From the human T2T-CHM13v2.0 reference genome, Homo sapiens, in the NCBI RefSeq assembly GCF_009914755.1, contig NC_060928.1: 64,000 nucleotides of DNA; one strand, 5' to 3'. This document shows positions 1-12,835 of the stretch, piece by piece. The notes under the pieces were generated by a model. The model ran no database searches. It was not told the origin of the DNA and saw only the letters and a program-made list of their open reading frames with translations. How positions within the stretch are numbered: the first letter of the stretch is position 1; the number at the start of each line of letters is the position of its first letter. The position numbers and the translations under genes are program-made.

Positions 1-574
1 TAACTGAATTGCAGATCTTGTTCAAATTTCACCAGCGTTTCCATTAATGTAGGAGTTTTTTAAAATGTGAAGTAATTCATAGCTGTAACTATGTAAAGTT
101 GGTAAGTTTTGCTATTAATTGACTTTTTAAAAAGTAATGACAGAATTTTGACAAGCCTCTGATGCTATGAGAATGATGATGTCCTTTTCTTCTTATTCTG
201 AAGTACATTTTTGAATGTTACCATTTGAGAAAAGGAATATCATTACTATTTTAGGAAATCATTAAATGTTACTGATACTAACATTTTATTTTTATCCCAT
301 TTCAGTGATCTCAGTAGCATGATACATTCCACATTTCCATGTGGTTGTGGATATAGAGTCAAGTTCCATATTCTAATTTGATGTTTAGATCTGTAATACT
401 ATGAAAGTTATAGAACTCATCAGTGTCATCAATCGCAATAACCACTATTTATATAGTAGAGAGTAGGAAGTGCTAAAATGTAAATGTTCTAGATTAAAAC
501 TAGACTGAGAGGACCTTTAAGAAGAGCAAACCATGACAGATGAAAATTTGGATTATTTGTAAAAGAGCTTCCTT

Positions 575-670
575 AGTCCTTAATATGTTTAACAACCCAT
601 TATGTGGAGAAATTTGTCTTTATGTCTGAACTTACACTGCAGCATAAATTAAATCCCTCTTATTTTGTCA
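575..670 (-). mobile_element. CR1/L3 LINE 3' fragment (ancient)
   Basis: 'tgtggagaaatttgtctttatgtctgaactta...taaatccctcttattttgtc' resembles the reverse strand of the L3 3' end; approximate boundaries. Confidence 0.4.
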
Positions 671-683
671 ACAGTAGTTAATA

Positions 684-932
684 AGTGCAATGGCACCGTC
701 TGGGCTCACTGCAAACTCTACCTCCCAGGTTCAAGTGATTCTCCTGCCTCAACCTCCCTAGAGCTGGGATTACAGGAACCTGCCACCATACCCTGCTGAT
801 TTTTGTACTTTTAGTAGAGATGGGGTTTCACCATGTTGACCAGGCTGGTTTGGAACTCCTGACCTCAAGCAATCTATCCGCCTCAACCTCCCACAGTGCT
901 GGAATTACAGGTGTGAGCCACCACACCTGGCC
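684..932 (-). mobile_element. AluS-type SINE lacking its 3' end and poly(A) tail
   Basis: Antisense Alu sequence from 'agtgcaatggc' to 'gagccaccacacctggcc', including the central 'tttttgtactttttagtagagatggggtttcaccatgttg'. Confidence 0.95.
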
Positions 933-934
933 TC

Positions 935-1000
935 TTATTTATCTTTGTGTGCTTCAGCTGAATATGGTATCTGGCACATGTACAGATACAGTAAATGTCC
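935..1000 (+). mobile_element. L2 3' terminal fragment
   Basis: 'ttatctttgtgtg...tctggcacatgtacagatacagtaaatgt' resembles the L2 tail. Confidence 0.45.
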
Positions 1001-1577
1001 TTTTACTTGAGAGAGGCTGTGATGTAGAGAAAAAGCAAGGGCCTTAGAGGTGAGGGCTGTGATCTTCTAGCCTATAGGCTGAGGCTTTGATTATTTTAAA
1101 GTGGTCTCCAGTACGTTCTTAACTCTCACTCAGCCAACTGTTTGCCCAATTGGCTCAACATTTCCTGTGTTTCTGTCTTTGCTTATGTGCTTACCTAAGC
1201 CTTATTTACTTGTTTATGAATAATGAATGCTTATAAAATAACCTATACCAAATGAGTTGTATAGATAGCAACTGTTTGAAGTAAAACTTGTAAATAATTA
1301 TTAATAAGTCAATGAAAGTAATTACCTTGGTAGCCCTATCTGGACATTATTAGCTTTATTGTATGTTTTGAGAGAACTTTAATTTGGGGCTAGCAAGGAT
1401 TTTTTTTAGATTTGAATTTTAACGTAGTATACATCATACCCTTCAGAGGAACTCTGGAAGTACTGCTTTTTTTTTTTAAACTGTTTTCTTTTAATCCTGT
1501 ATTGGGTATCTTTAATTTTGTAAATATGTGAAAAGAAGTCAGGCTAATATTAAATGACCCTGTGAGTCAAAACTTTA

Positions 1578-1843
1578 GGCTGGGCATGGTGGCTTATGAC
1601 TATAATTCCAGCAATTTGGGAAGCCACCAAAGCCCAGGAGTTTGAGACCAGCCTGGGCAACACAGCAAGATCCTAGCTCTACAAAACATTTTTAAAAAAT
1701 TAGCTCTGTGTGGTGGCATGTGCCTGTAGTCCCAGCTACTTGGGAGGCTGAGGCTGGAGGATTACTTGAGCCCTGGAACTTGAAGCTGCAGTGAGCCGAG
1801 ATTGTGAGCTCCAGCCTGGATGACAGAGTGAGACCCTGTCTCT
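1578..1843 (+). mobile_element. AluJ-type SINE with small internal deletions
   Basis: 'ggctgggcatggtggc...agcccaggagtttgagaccagcctgggcaac...ggaggattacttgagccc...gagaccctgtctc' (J-type 'gagcccagg'). Confidence 0.93.
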
Positions 1844-1846
1844 TAA

Positions 1847-1907
1847 ATATATATATATATACACACATATATGTATATACATATTATATAGATAGATAGA
1901 TAGATAG
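1847..1907 (+). repeat. Compound (TA)n/(CA)n/(TAGA)n microsatellite in place of the Alu tail
   Basis: Seen directly. Confidence 0.9.
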
Positions 1908-2003
1908 AATGTACTTTAGGAAAACTTATTTCAGTATCTGATTTTTAAGTGTTTGTAACCATAAGGACTCAAAAATGTCTTAAAGCTGGAATACCATGTA
2001 TCT

Positions 2004-2145
2004 TTCATCAGTATAATGTTATAGGGTCACCCTAGCTACAAGGGTGTCTGGAAAGCAAGTAATTTTAAAAGAAGCACATCATGATGGTGAATAAAATGAA
2101 GGTTTTCTTGCTTAGTGATGGTAAGCGATCACGGCTGTCTGCTAG
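2004..2145 (-). mobile_element. MLT1-type (MaLR) LTR fragment
   Basis: 'gtcaccctagctacaagggtgtctggaaagcaagt' matches the conserved MLT1 motif 'gccacccctagctgcaagggaggctgggaaatg'. Confidence 0.55.
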
Positions 2146-2502
2146 AAGCCCTTAACACAGCTATTGGCACATAGGGAGTGCTCCATGGCTGGCAGCCATT
2201 CTACTACCATTATTATTATTGTTCCTGTATTACACTTGAGTTCTTTTAGATTGTCAAGATTAGTTTTGGTTTAATTAAGATGAAACAGTGCTTAGTAGAC
2301 ATCTCAGATATTATAAGTGTTCCACATGCTGCAGCCTTTCCCTATGATTTCTGACTTAGTAATGTGGAGTTGATGGCAAAAGTTATTAAGAAATTGTAAG
2401 GAGAGAAGGATTCTTCCCAATTTATTTAAATCTTTCATCCTGAATGTGTTTCTTTGATTTGGGGGTTATGTTATTTTTAATTTTTATTCATTTAATTATT
2501 TT

Positions 2503-2627
2503 GTTTTTTGTAGAGATGAGGTGTCACTATGTTGCCCAGGCTGTTCTTGAACTCTGGCCTCAAGTCATCCTCCTGTTTCGGCCTCCCAAAGTGCTGGAAT
2601 TACAAGTGTGAGCCACTGTGCGTAGCC
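2503..2627 (-). mobile_element. FLAM / free left Alu monomer
   Basis: 'tgtagagatgaggtgtcactatgttgcccaggctg...gagccactgtgcgtagcc'; degenerate TSD 'ggttatgtt' / 'gcttatgtt'. Confidence 0.9.
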
Positions 2628-2927
2628 TGTGGCTTATGTTTACAAAAAATACAAATTACTGTTTATCCCATCCACCTATCATGTATGAGTTTTATAGTAG
2701 TATAACTTAACCATTTGACAATATATGACATAGCACTAATAGGAGTTTGTATCCTGATTTGGCTAATAATATAAGCTAATCAAACTTGCATTTCATTCTC
2801 CAAAATTTAAATCTCAGGAGAGTACAGCCTCCTGGGGAAAAGTGCTGATAAAAACCAGGCAGGGTGGCTTGGCCACAGTTTGTCAGGTTTTTGTCCCGTG
2901 CAAGCATCTAGTCCAAGCAGGACTTAC

Positions 2928-3045
2928 TATGCTTATTTAAAAATTACTTGCTCTTCCAGACACCCTTGTAGCTAGGGTGGCCCTGTAACATACCACTAAT
3001 GAATTATTGTGTTAGACAAATAAACTGAGGCGGAAGTCCAGTTTT
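2928..3045 (+). mobile_element. MLT1-type LTR fragment, inverted relative to the copy at 2004
   Basis: 'ttccagacacccttgtagctagggtggccctgtaac' MLT1 motif. Confidence 0.55.
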
Positions 3046-3484
3046 TTGGGAGTGGATCAACAATGAAGATCAGTAGAAAAAAGTCTGTGCGGAGATAGTA
3101 GACCCAGGCATGCAAAAATGTCAGTTGATTGTAATGAAACTAAATCCATGTGACCTCAATTGATATTATCTCATACGAATTTTTATTTTTTTGGATTTAG
3201 CAATGTTCATATTCTAGACTTATGCTCATGTTATACTTGCGGATGTCACTGGCAATTGGGTGAGGCAGAAACAGAAATTGGAAGACATGCTATGTCTCCA
3301 GGTGAGAGGGTTTGGTGCATGAAGAGACCAACAGCTGACTAGTGATTCCCAAGGGAATTAATTTCTAGGGGTTGTGGGGGCGGAGTGGAGGGACAGAACA
3401 CAGCCAGCCTCCCAGTGTTGGGTCTTCATTCTTTTCTTTCTTTGAGAACACTGTAGTTTATTTCTACATCTCCATCCTTTCTTC

Positions 3485-3755
3485 TTCACCTGGCTGTTTC
3501 AAACTTTTCATTTAGGGCTCAGATTAGTCATTGCCTCCCCCGGATCTAGGTAAGGTTGTGCTTCTGTGCATTTCCTTAGCAACTGCACTTCCCTTGCCGC
3601 AGTGCTTCTCAGGGCTTTTTGTAACGGTCTATTTACTTGCTTTATTTCCCATAAATAAATAAGACGTCGAGGGGTGGTATCAATGTTCTTCATTTTATCC
3701 TTTGGGTCCAACCAGCCTCCCGGCACGTGGTAAGTACTAAATATAAATTAATAAA
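3485..3755 (+). mobile_element. L2 3' fragment
   Basis: 'ctatttacttgctttatttccc...cggcacgtggtaagtactaaatataa' has L2 3'-end architecture. Confidence 0.55.
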
Positions 3756-3901
3756 AGGTATCCATGGTATCAGATACCTGCACTGTAATTACAGTACCTT
3801 GGGAGGAGTGTATTTCAGCATATAATGCTGAGGAGGTAATTATGACTCTATAATATTACAATGCTAGAATGAGACCACTAGCTTAGCATAAAGAAACAAA
3901 G

Positions 3902-4135
3902 GAGGCAGTGTGTGGGGAAGCATTACTAGATAGATAAATTAGGAAAATTGTAAACAGGTTTGACCTTGTGCAAGTACTTAACCTCCTCAAGCCCCAGTCT
4001 CCTAGTCTGAAGACAGTGGAGAGAATTGTTATATCTCCCTTCTGGGATTGCTGTCAAGGTCAAATGTTTTGATGCATATGAAGCACTCAGAATCATGCTT
4101 GTTAAAGAGTAAATGATCAAATTTTTAAGCTTATA
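3902..4135 (+). mobile_element. MIR SINE
   Basis: Core 'tgaccttgtgcaagtacttaacctcctcaagccccagtctcctagtctgaa'. Confidence 0.8.
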
Positions 4136-4184
4136 TTTTTTTATTTGGATTTAAGCCAACTATCCAAGTGCTCTGAAGAGACAG

Positions 4185-4730
<546 letters not shown>

Positions 4731-5629
4731 GTAGGTAAAGACACTCACAATATGATGTTAGAAATAAGCCCTCAGCTTTATGAGGATATTTGCCAGAATA
4801 TAGCCAAAGTGGGAGGCAATGCTATACTGTGAAACTGTCATCAGGACTTTGACTTACCCAACATTGTAATCAGACTCATAGTTTTCTTGCCTCCATGCCA
4901 GCTTAGATGTAGTTAGTGATGATGCCTCAATGACTCTATAACGTAGTTCTGTTGCAGAATTATGTGCTTGAATATTTGTATAGGTTTATCAGACAGATTT
5001 ACTTATATTACAATTACTACTAAAATTCAAAAGGAAAAAGTCATTATCCAGTTTATTTGATTACATTAGTGAAAATGTAGTATTACCCTAGTAATAATAA
5101 TAACATCATCTAATATCATTTAAGGTATTAAACTTAGGTTTTATTTAAGAGCTTCCACATACATACTTTTACTTAGAACTGTGCCATCTACGTAGGCATT
5201 TGAATGATTGGAGTAGGTAGGTAAAATTTCTACAGTTACTCTTTTCTTTTTTTAAATCTTTTTAGAAATTTTACCTTCCTCTGATTTTTAAGACCATGGT
5301 TTGCCCTACTTTTCTACCATTATACTACTCTTTTTTCTCTTCTTTCTGCCTTAGTAGATTAATAAAGAAGGTAATAAGTCCTATGTAGGAAAGAAGAAGA
5401 AAAGCAGTATGAGGGGACTGAGATTGAGTGGGAGGCATAGAAGGCAGCTTGTTCTATTAAACAGGCAGTCGAGGAGGCTTCATTGAGAAGGTGACATTTG
5501 AACAAAGAGTTGAAGGATGTCAATATATACAGGGTAGTTAAATACAAACATGTTAACAGCACATTTAAGGAAATGGATAAATGAAATAAATGTATACATG
5601 GAAAAGGCATGAATAAGGAAATAAAAGTG

Positions 5630-5658
5630 GTGTGTGTGTGTAGTGCGTGTGTGTGTGT
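5630..5658 (+). repeat. Interrupted (GT)n microsatellite
   Basis: Seen directly. Confidence 0.85.
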
Positions 5659-6078
5659 TCTACAAGTTTTTAGGAAGACTTAAGAATTCTGAGGATTAAA
5701 GCTAGAAAGGTAGGTAAGAGCCTAATTCTGGGCCTTGATGGACCTAACCAAGTAGTAGCCATGGAAATGGTGGGAATGTCTACTGGATGTATAAGGTTCT
5801 AAGGAAATCTTCAGTAATCTATGACTAAATTAAAGATTGACAATAAAGGTAGTCTAGGTTAATTTATAGCTCACTTACTTGGGGGATAGAGAGGATGGTG
5901 ATGTCATTTTGTGGTCTTAGAAGATTATGAAAAAATTGATGGGAAAGGGAGAGAAATTATTTTCAATGTAGGACATTTCTATCTCCTACAAGTGGATATA
6001 GGCTGGATATAGACTTACAGAGCTTAGAGGTAGAATTGGGCTAGAGGTATAGATTTTGGCACCTCCAGGCAGAGGTTG

Positions 6079-6432
6079 TGTGTTAGTCCATTTTTATACT
6101 GCTGATAAACACATAACTGAGACTGGGAAGAAAAAGAAGTTTAATTGGGCTTACAGTTCCACATGGTTAGGGCGGCCTCAGAATCATGGCGGGAGGCAAA
6201 AGGCACATCTTACATAGTGGTGGCAAGATAAAATGAGAAATAAGCAAAAGTGGAAACACCTGATAAACCCATCCGGTCTCGTGAGACCTATTCACTATCA
6301 CGAGAATAGCATAGGAAAGACCGGCCCCCAGGATTCAATTACCACCCCCTGGGTCCCTCCCACAACATGTGGGAATTCTGGTAGATACAATTCAAGTTGA
6401 GATTTGGATGGGGACACAGCCAAACTATATCA
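6079..6432 (-). mobile_element. THE1 (THE1C-like) solo LTR, ERVL-MaLR, with 5-bp TSD
   Basis: TG...CA termini 'tgtgttagtcc...ggggacacagccaaactatatca'; TSD GGTTG at 6074-6078 and 6433-6437. Confidence 0.93.
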
Positions 6433-7826
6433 GGTTGAGACCAAGTATATGGTTTAAATTTCTAGGAGGAAGCAGAAAGAATGGGCATAGAATATGGCCA
6501 AGGAGAAAGCTATGGAGAACTCTGATATTAGAGGATAGAAATCAGAAGACGGAAATCAGAAGATATAGTCAGTGAGCCTGGAGGGTTGGTCGGAGAGCTT
6601 GGAGCTTAGAATAGAAGGAAAGAAAATGTTTCAGAAGTTCTTGTTCAAGTGTAATTGGTGTTGTTTTATAGAGCAGTTTTAGTGAAGGGTGGTGTTACCT
6701 GAAAGACGACTGCAGTAGGATGATGACCGAATGAGGGGTAGTAGTGGACAGCAGGTGTACATTATTTCCCCATTGGTTGGGAAAGAAAAAAAGGAAGGTT
6801 TTGGCAGTGTGCAAATAAGAATCATAGACAGCTGTGAAGTTTGGTTTTTGTTTACTGCCTTGCTCATTTGCTCTTTCAAGATATGAGATGCTTGAATGTG
6901 ATTATGAGTTGCATGAAGTTAGCCAGAAGTGAAAACATGAGGAAAACAAGAAAACCAACCAAATAAGGTCCCAGAAGAGATGGAAATGAGCCTCTTTTCT
7001 CTTGTGCACATGTAGATAACAGTATCTACTTTAAGGCTATAAGAAATAAATGAGAAACGACCTCTTTGTTTGTCTAGTAGAGCGATGAGTAGATGACACT
7101 CAGTAAATGTTAAGTCCTCCAGCCTCCCAATCCTCACTGCAAAAATGTGCCTTGCTTATCTACAATTTGTACTCAGTAGATATGTATTAAATGAAAGTAC
7201 TCAACTGTCCTATGTTTTTACTCTGTATTTGTGATAATTAAGAAAGGGTTGAGAACTAGTTGATTGCTAATTCTTTTTTGTAGTATAAACTTATAATTTG
7301 GCCAGTTTTTAAATTAACACATCTTTTCTGGCTATGTCCTTGATTATAAGCTTTACAAATTATAATGTTTATAGTTCAGAATGATACTGTAGTGTATTAG
7401 AGCTTGTAGACTAAAGTGTTGCTTACAGAAGTGAGAAAGAAGCAAAGTACAAATCCCGTAAACAATGAGATGGGCATAGGATGGAGAAAGCATAGATGTG
7501 TAATTACTCCCAGGCCAGGAGTTTTCCTAGGACTGGATTGGAGTATCACCAAACCTGAAAGAATAATGCATCACTCAAAATAAGAGCTAGTTAAGTGTGG
7601 ATATACAGAAAACAAATCCTGCTACTATTGGCTAAGAACATCACTATGGTAAGATAGATAACTTGACTAACCTATGGAAGCCATTAAGTATTTGAGTTAG
7701 ATAATTCCCCTTTGTTCTGTTTCCATGTTTGTTTGACTTCTCTGAAGCCAGCTTTTAGGAAGAGAATGGACTAGTAGGTGGGACCCCTAATATCCTGGTC
7801 CCTGTGAAGGTTATTTGTCATTGTAA

Positions 7827-8268
<442 letters not shown>

Positions 8269-10384
8269 TAAGCATGAGAGAGTGAATCCTTCTCTTTGTA
8301 AAGTGATCACAGGTGAGACACCCTGGAGCTTTTTCTTTGGTGACCACCTTGGCCATTTTTCTACTGTGTGTATCATGGTGATAAAAATTTATACCATTCA
8401 AAACTCTTTTTGTTTATTTTTTGGTATTAGATGGAAATACTCTTTACTACATATGAATATTATTCTTTTATTTCTTTTTTTGTCCCTCCCCCTGAATGTT
8501 ATTCTAATAAGATTTTTCTAAGGTTATATGTATGAAATAAATTTTTTATGAGTATGGATCAATATGATGATTGCAAACTATCTTTAATGATTTTTAGCCT
8601 CCATAAGTAGAGGTCAGTGTAAGATATATAGGCTCATGTTGTCTGCCTTATTAACTTTAAAGAAAACAGTAAATTTCAGTAATAATTTCTTTGAAATATA
8701 ATTGTCACATGAAGTTGTTATTCATTTCTTAATTCGATAAAGCGAATTAGAGCTAAGTTTTCTCCGCGTGGTATATATCAAAACTGTTTGTCTGCTTGAT
8801 GAAATCATTATTGTAAATCTGTCTGGACCTGAGTTCTTCCTACCTTTTTAGATAAACAAGGCTATGAATTTGACTTTCTATTTCAGATATTATTACATTA
8901 ATATCTTTTGCTCTGCATATGAATTCACGTATAATGTTTACTCATTTATTTTTCAAAAAGAAAAGAAACTTTATTTACTCCTTCACAGTGGTAGTCCCAA
9001 TTCATATTTTTATATTTTACATTATGGTTGTTGCAGCAAGAGTTCACTTAAGTTTATTTTCCCTATAGTGTTTTCTTTTAATGCATGAGTAGTTAGCAAT
9101 GAGATTCTGAAAATGCTAGGAATCTTCACATTTTCCAACCGTATATATTCATGGTGGCTGCAGGAAACTCTATGTATATTAAATCCTTTCAATTTTAAGT
9201 AGCATTAAATGAAGTATTTTTACATTGCCATATTTTATCCATACATAAGTGACAATTTTTAGTGTTTTGGTCCTGGGTTTCTGTTGGTTGTTTAAATATT
9301 CATTTGGCTAACAGAGCTATGTTTGCTGTATTATGCTACACAGTGAGAAGATTTCTGTTAGTCCTTATTCTTTGACACAAGGAGGAGCACAAAATGTGAC
9401 AGAAGAGATCATCACAAACAAAATCTAAATCTTTTGTCCCTGACAGCTCCATGAGTGAATCTGAGAAAGAAGGACCTTTTGATTTGACCCTGAAATATAA
9501 CCCCAGTCTGCACTTGAGGTGTTCTGAATACTGATAAGGACCATAAAAGATAGAACTATTAGTTAGCTTTGAAAAAGCAAAAAATTAGCTGTAAAACAAT
9601 TAATACAATTGAGCTTCTTCTGCAGTTATTAGTATTCTGGAATTATCTCATGAAGTTTTGCATTAGCTTTTTGAAAACTGCAACATTTATTTTGAAAATC
9701 TGGTAGGTAATCACATCTCTAGTACATTAAATTTAAAACAAGTCCCTTTTAGGAGCCAGGTGATATTGTCATTTTGCATATCAACATCATACTTAGTGAA
9801 ATGGTTAGGGTGAAATATTGAAACACAGTACAATACACTGCTGGGTAACTTTTGTAACAGTGCGAGTCTGTGTTGCTGAGATGCATAAATTGACACTTGC
9901 TCTCTTGCACTCCTGAGTTTGTGCTGTTATCAATTCATTGGAGGCCTACAACTTTCTCCTTTCAGCTGATTGATTTTGAATTTTTCAAACTGATTAATGT
10001 CTTCATTTGAATGGTAATGTTGATTTTGCAGAAGATGTGATCTTTTAATTAGCAGATGCTGAGATTAGCATTAGGGTTGAACAGTAATTAGCATTTGTTC
10101 TTATAGTACAAGAGCACAAACTAAGTACTGCAGCAAATAGAACCACCGTGTCCTCCTTACATTGCCTCTTTAGATCTTCTTTATGAGAGAGGTTTAAAAT
10201 TATTAAAATACTTATTCACTGTGGTACTACATTTTAACAAATTGAGGATTCACTTAAGATACAAATATTTTGAACTCCCTTATACTCTCTGTTATCTCTA
10301 TAAGGTTCTGTTTTCGAGGTTTATCTAAATACTTCATAGTGAAACTTAAACATTAGTTTTATTAAAGGGTAAATTCTAATGTGT

Positions 10385-10385
<1 letters not shown>

Positions 10386-10417
<32 letters not shown>
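10386..10417 (+). repeat. (GT)16 microsatellite
   Basis: Seen directly. Confidence 0.95.
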
Positions 10418-10420
<3 letters not shown>

Positions 10421-10544
10421 CACGTGTGTATTTCTCTGGACATGTCCACAGTCTTGGTTTCTGGATTGTGCTTACAGCAGTAATACCCACTGTATATCCA
10501 AAGTTATTTTGAGCATCAACCTAAAATTGATGAGCCCCAATTAC

Positions 10545-10755
10545 AGACAGTCAGTGGAGTTAAGACTTGGAGTTTTCCTTCAGGCAAACCTAGATTGAAA
10601 TTATGATGTTCCCACCTCCTAGAGCAAATTATTTAACCACTTACTTTTCAATGTCCTCATCTGTAAAATGAAGATTCTAATAGAATTATTTGAAGGTTAA
10701 AACATATTTCACATAAAGCACGTGGTGTCCATTAAATAATGAGGGATTATTATAG
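10545..10755 (+). mobile_element. MIR SINE
   Basis: 'gcaaattatttaacc...caatgtcctcatctgtaaaatgaag' core. Confidence 0.65.
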
Positions 10756-11932
10756 TTAAAAACACTATGTATTTGAAGTAATACACATTCCTGTATATGG
10801 CCTACATTAAAAAAAACTTATTTTAGCTGATTTATGACATGAAAATTATTAGAGACCTACAGAATAATTAAAGCTTTTTAAAATAAATAAGTTCTCTTAT
10901 TCCGGAGCTGCAGGCTTTTTAGACACTCTTGTGGGCATTATGTAAGTTTCTACCTACTCTCCAGAAAGACATTTGTGTCTCTGGTCTAGCCCTTCTTCAT
11001 AGTTACTCCTTCAAGGAATCCTTATAGATAGATTGGTTGTCCTTACTAAAACTACCACCAAGCACTGGCTGTTTTAATTTTTTGTTTTAAATGGTTTCTA
11101 TAACAAATGGTGGTGGTTAGGAGAGTCAAAGCATGAATGATGAAATGTACATCTAAACTTGGGGCAGTTTGTCTATGTGAACAATGTAGGCTGTATTTTT
11201 AGGGCTGTGAAGGTAGACAGTGGGGTGATATTTTATAGAGATGCTAAATATGTGGTTGACTGCTTAATGTGTATCAAACTTCAGCATGATGAAACTTTAG
11301 CCATTAGTATTCAAAGAGGAAATTACTGCTGATCCCTAGTGCCTGGAGAGACTTCGTCCTATATAGAATTCCCCCTCCCCACTCCACTGATGGCTATTAA
11401 AATAGCCCTAAAGTAAATGCATTTGCATTTGTTACTATGGATGTTACTCTCCCAGGAGACAACAAACAGAACACTTAAACTCTGAGTGAACAGAATGATT
11501 GACAGTCTAAATCTCTATCCCCACTGCTTGCTGCCTCCCCACTTAAATACAAACACAGAGAAGGAGTAACAAAATGAGTCAAGGTAGGTTTTCAAATGAA
11601 AAACAGGAAAAAAGAAGAAGCTGGAAATATAATGCTTTATTTCTATGAGAGTTTAAGTGGTGCTTGAATGTAATTAAATTTTAGCATGAAGAGAAAACAG
11701 GATTTTCTTTCAGTGTATCACTTTCATTCAAAATAGGTAAAACAAAATATGGCATTGAAATGAGTTATGTTAGAATTAGAAAATAGTTAAGAAATAGATT
11801 ATTGAGAAAGAATTGGCTATGATGTTTAAGTTCATCAACCTAAATGTTTACTTGAGTGTACATTTAGTTCACTATTAGAGGCCATTGATTATTTGGCAAT
11901 AACTTCGGTTTTCAGACCTACCTCATTGGGAT

Positions 11933-12341
11933 TGTCTTAGTCCATTTGTTCTGCTTTACAAAATATCTGAGAGTAGGTGGTTCATAAAAATAAACTTATT
12001 GCTCGCAGTTCTGGAGGCTGGGAAATTTAACATCAAGGCATGAGAAGATTTGGTGTCTGGTGAGGGTTACTCTCTGCTTCCAAGATGGTGCCTTGTTGCT
12101 GCATCCTTGCATGGCAGAAGGGTGAATACTGTATCCTCACTGGTGGAAAGTGGAAGGGCAAAAAGGGGCCCAGCTATTTCCCTAGAGATCATTTATAAGG
12201 GTTCTGATCCCATGTGTGAGGGCAGTGCCCTCATGACTTAATCACCTATTAAAGTCCCCTTCTCGTAATACTGTCACATTGGGTCTTAGGTTCCAACATA
12301 TGAATTTTGGGGTACAAATACATACAACCCATACCATAGCA
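11933..12341 (-). mobile_element. MLT1A/MST-type MaLR solo LTR
   Basis: 'tgtcttagtccattt...cagttctggaggctgggaa...ccaagatggtgcc...catgacttaatcacc...accatagca' with TG...CA ends. Confidence 0.88.
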
Positions 12342-12714
12342 GGAGTATTTTCCAAAAGGATCTTGCAAGATTTCATTGTCTGCCCATCTCTAAGGAAGAC
12401 TTTCTGCATCACAAATTTCGTATAAGAAAACTTTATTTTTCTTTCAAATAAAGTAGAGCCTAAACATCTATGAAACAGATGTAGATGTCTTTATCTGTAA
12501 TTTTTAACTCTTTTAATGCTGAAATAAAATTTAGTTGAATAGGTGTCAGTTTTCTATACATTAACTCGATTTTTTTAAACAAATTTTAAGAAAGTTCAAT
12601 GGGTATGTAGAGCTATTTACAGATGTTTGCTAGGGATATACTCATGTGTTGCCAGCAGAGTTTCCATAAATGTTTATTTCTTTTTTAATACTTGCTACAA
12701 GATGTAATTTTTTG

Positions 12715-12835
12715 TTTATGCATTTACTTGTTTAATGTTTCATGAGGGATGAACCTAATTTATCTTGTTGATTACAATCTTATGCATAGGGCTAGGGACA
12801 TAGGACATGCTTGATAAATATTTGTTGAATGAAAT
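12715..12835 (+). mobile_element. L2 3' terminal fragment
   Basis: 'acataggacatgcttgataaatatttgttgaatgaa' is the L2 terminus. Confidence 0.65.

Larger units (their letters stand above)
5360..6910 (-). mobile_element. Degraded L2 LINE, interrupted by (TG)n and a THE1 LTR
   Basis: 'gtcgaggaggcttcattgagaaggtgacatttgaacaaag', 'ggatggtgatgtcattt' and 'agagcagttttagtgaagg' are typical antisense L2 motifs. Confidence 0.6.

Noticed and set aside
1-55. Possible end of an old L1M fragment
   Set aside because: Too short at the window edge to call
3782-3795. Perfect 12-14-bp palindromes (ACTGTAATTACAGT here; CCAGTAATTACTGG at 53010; AGCCTATAGGCT at 1069)
   Set aside because: A few such palindromes are expected by chance in 64 kb of AT-rich DNA
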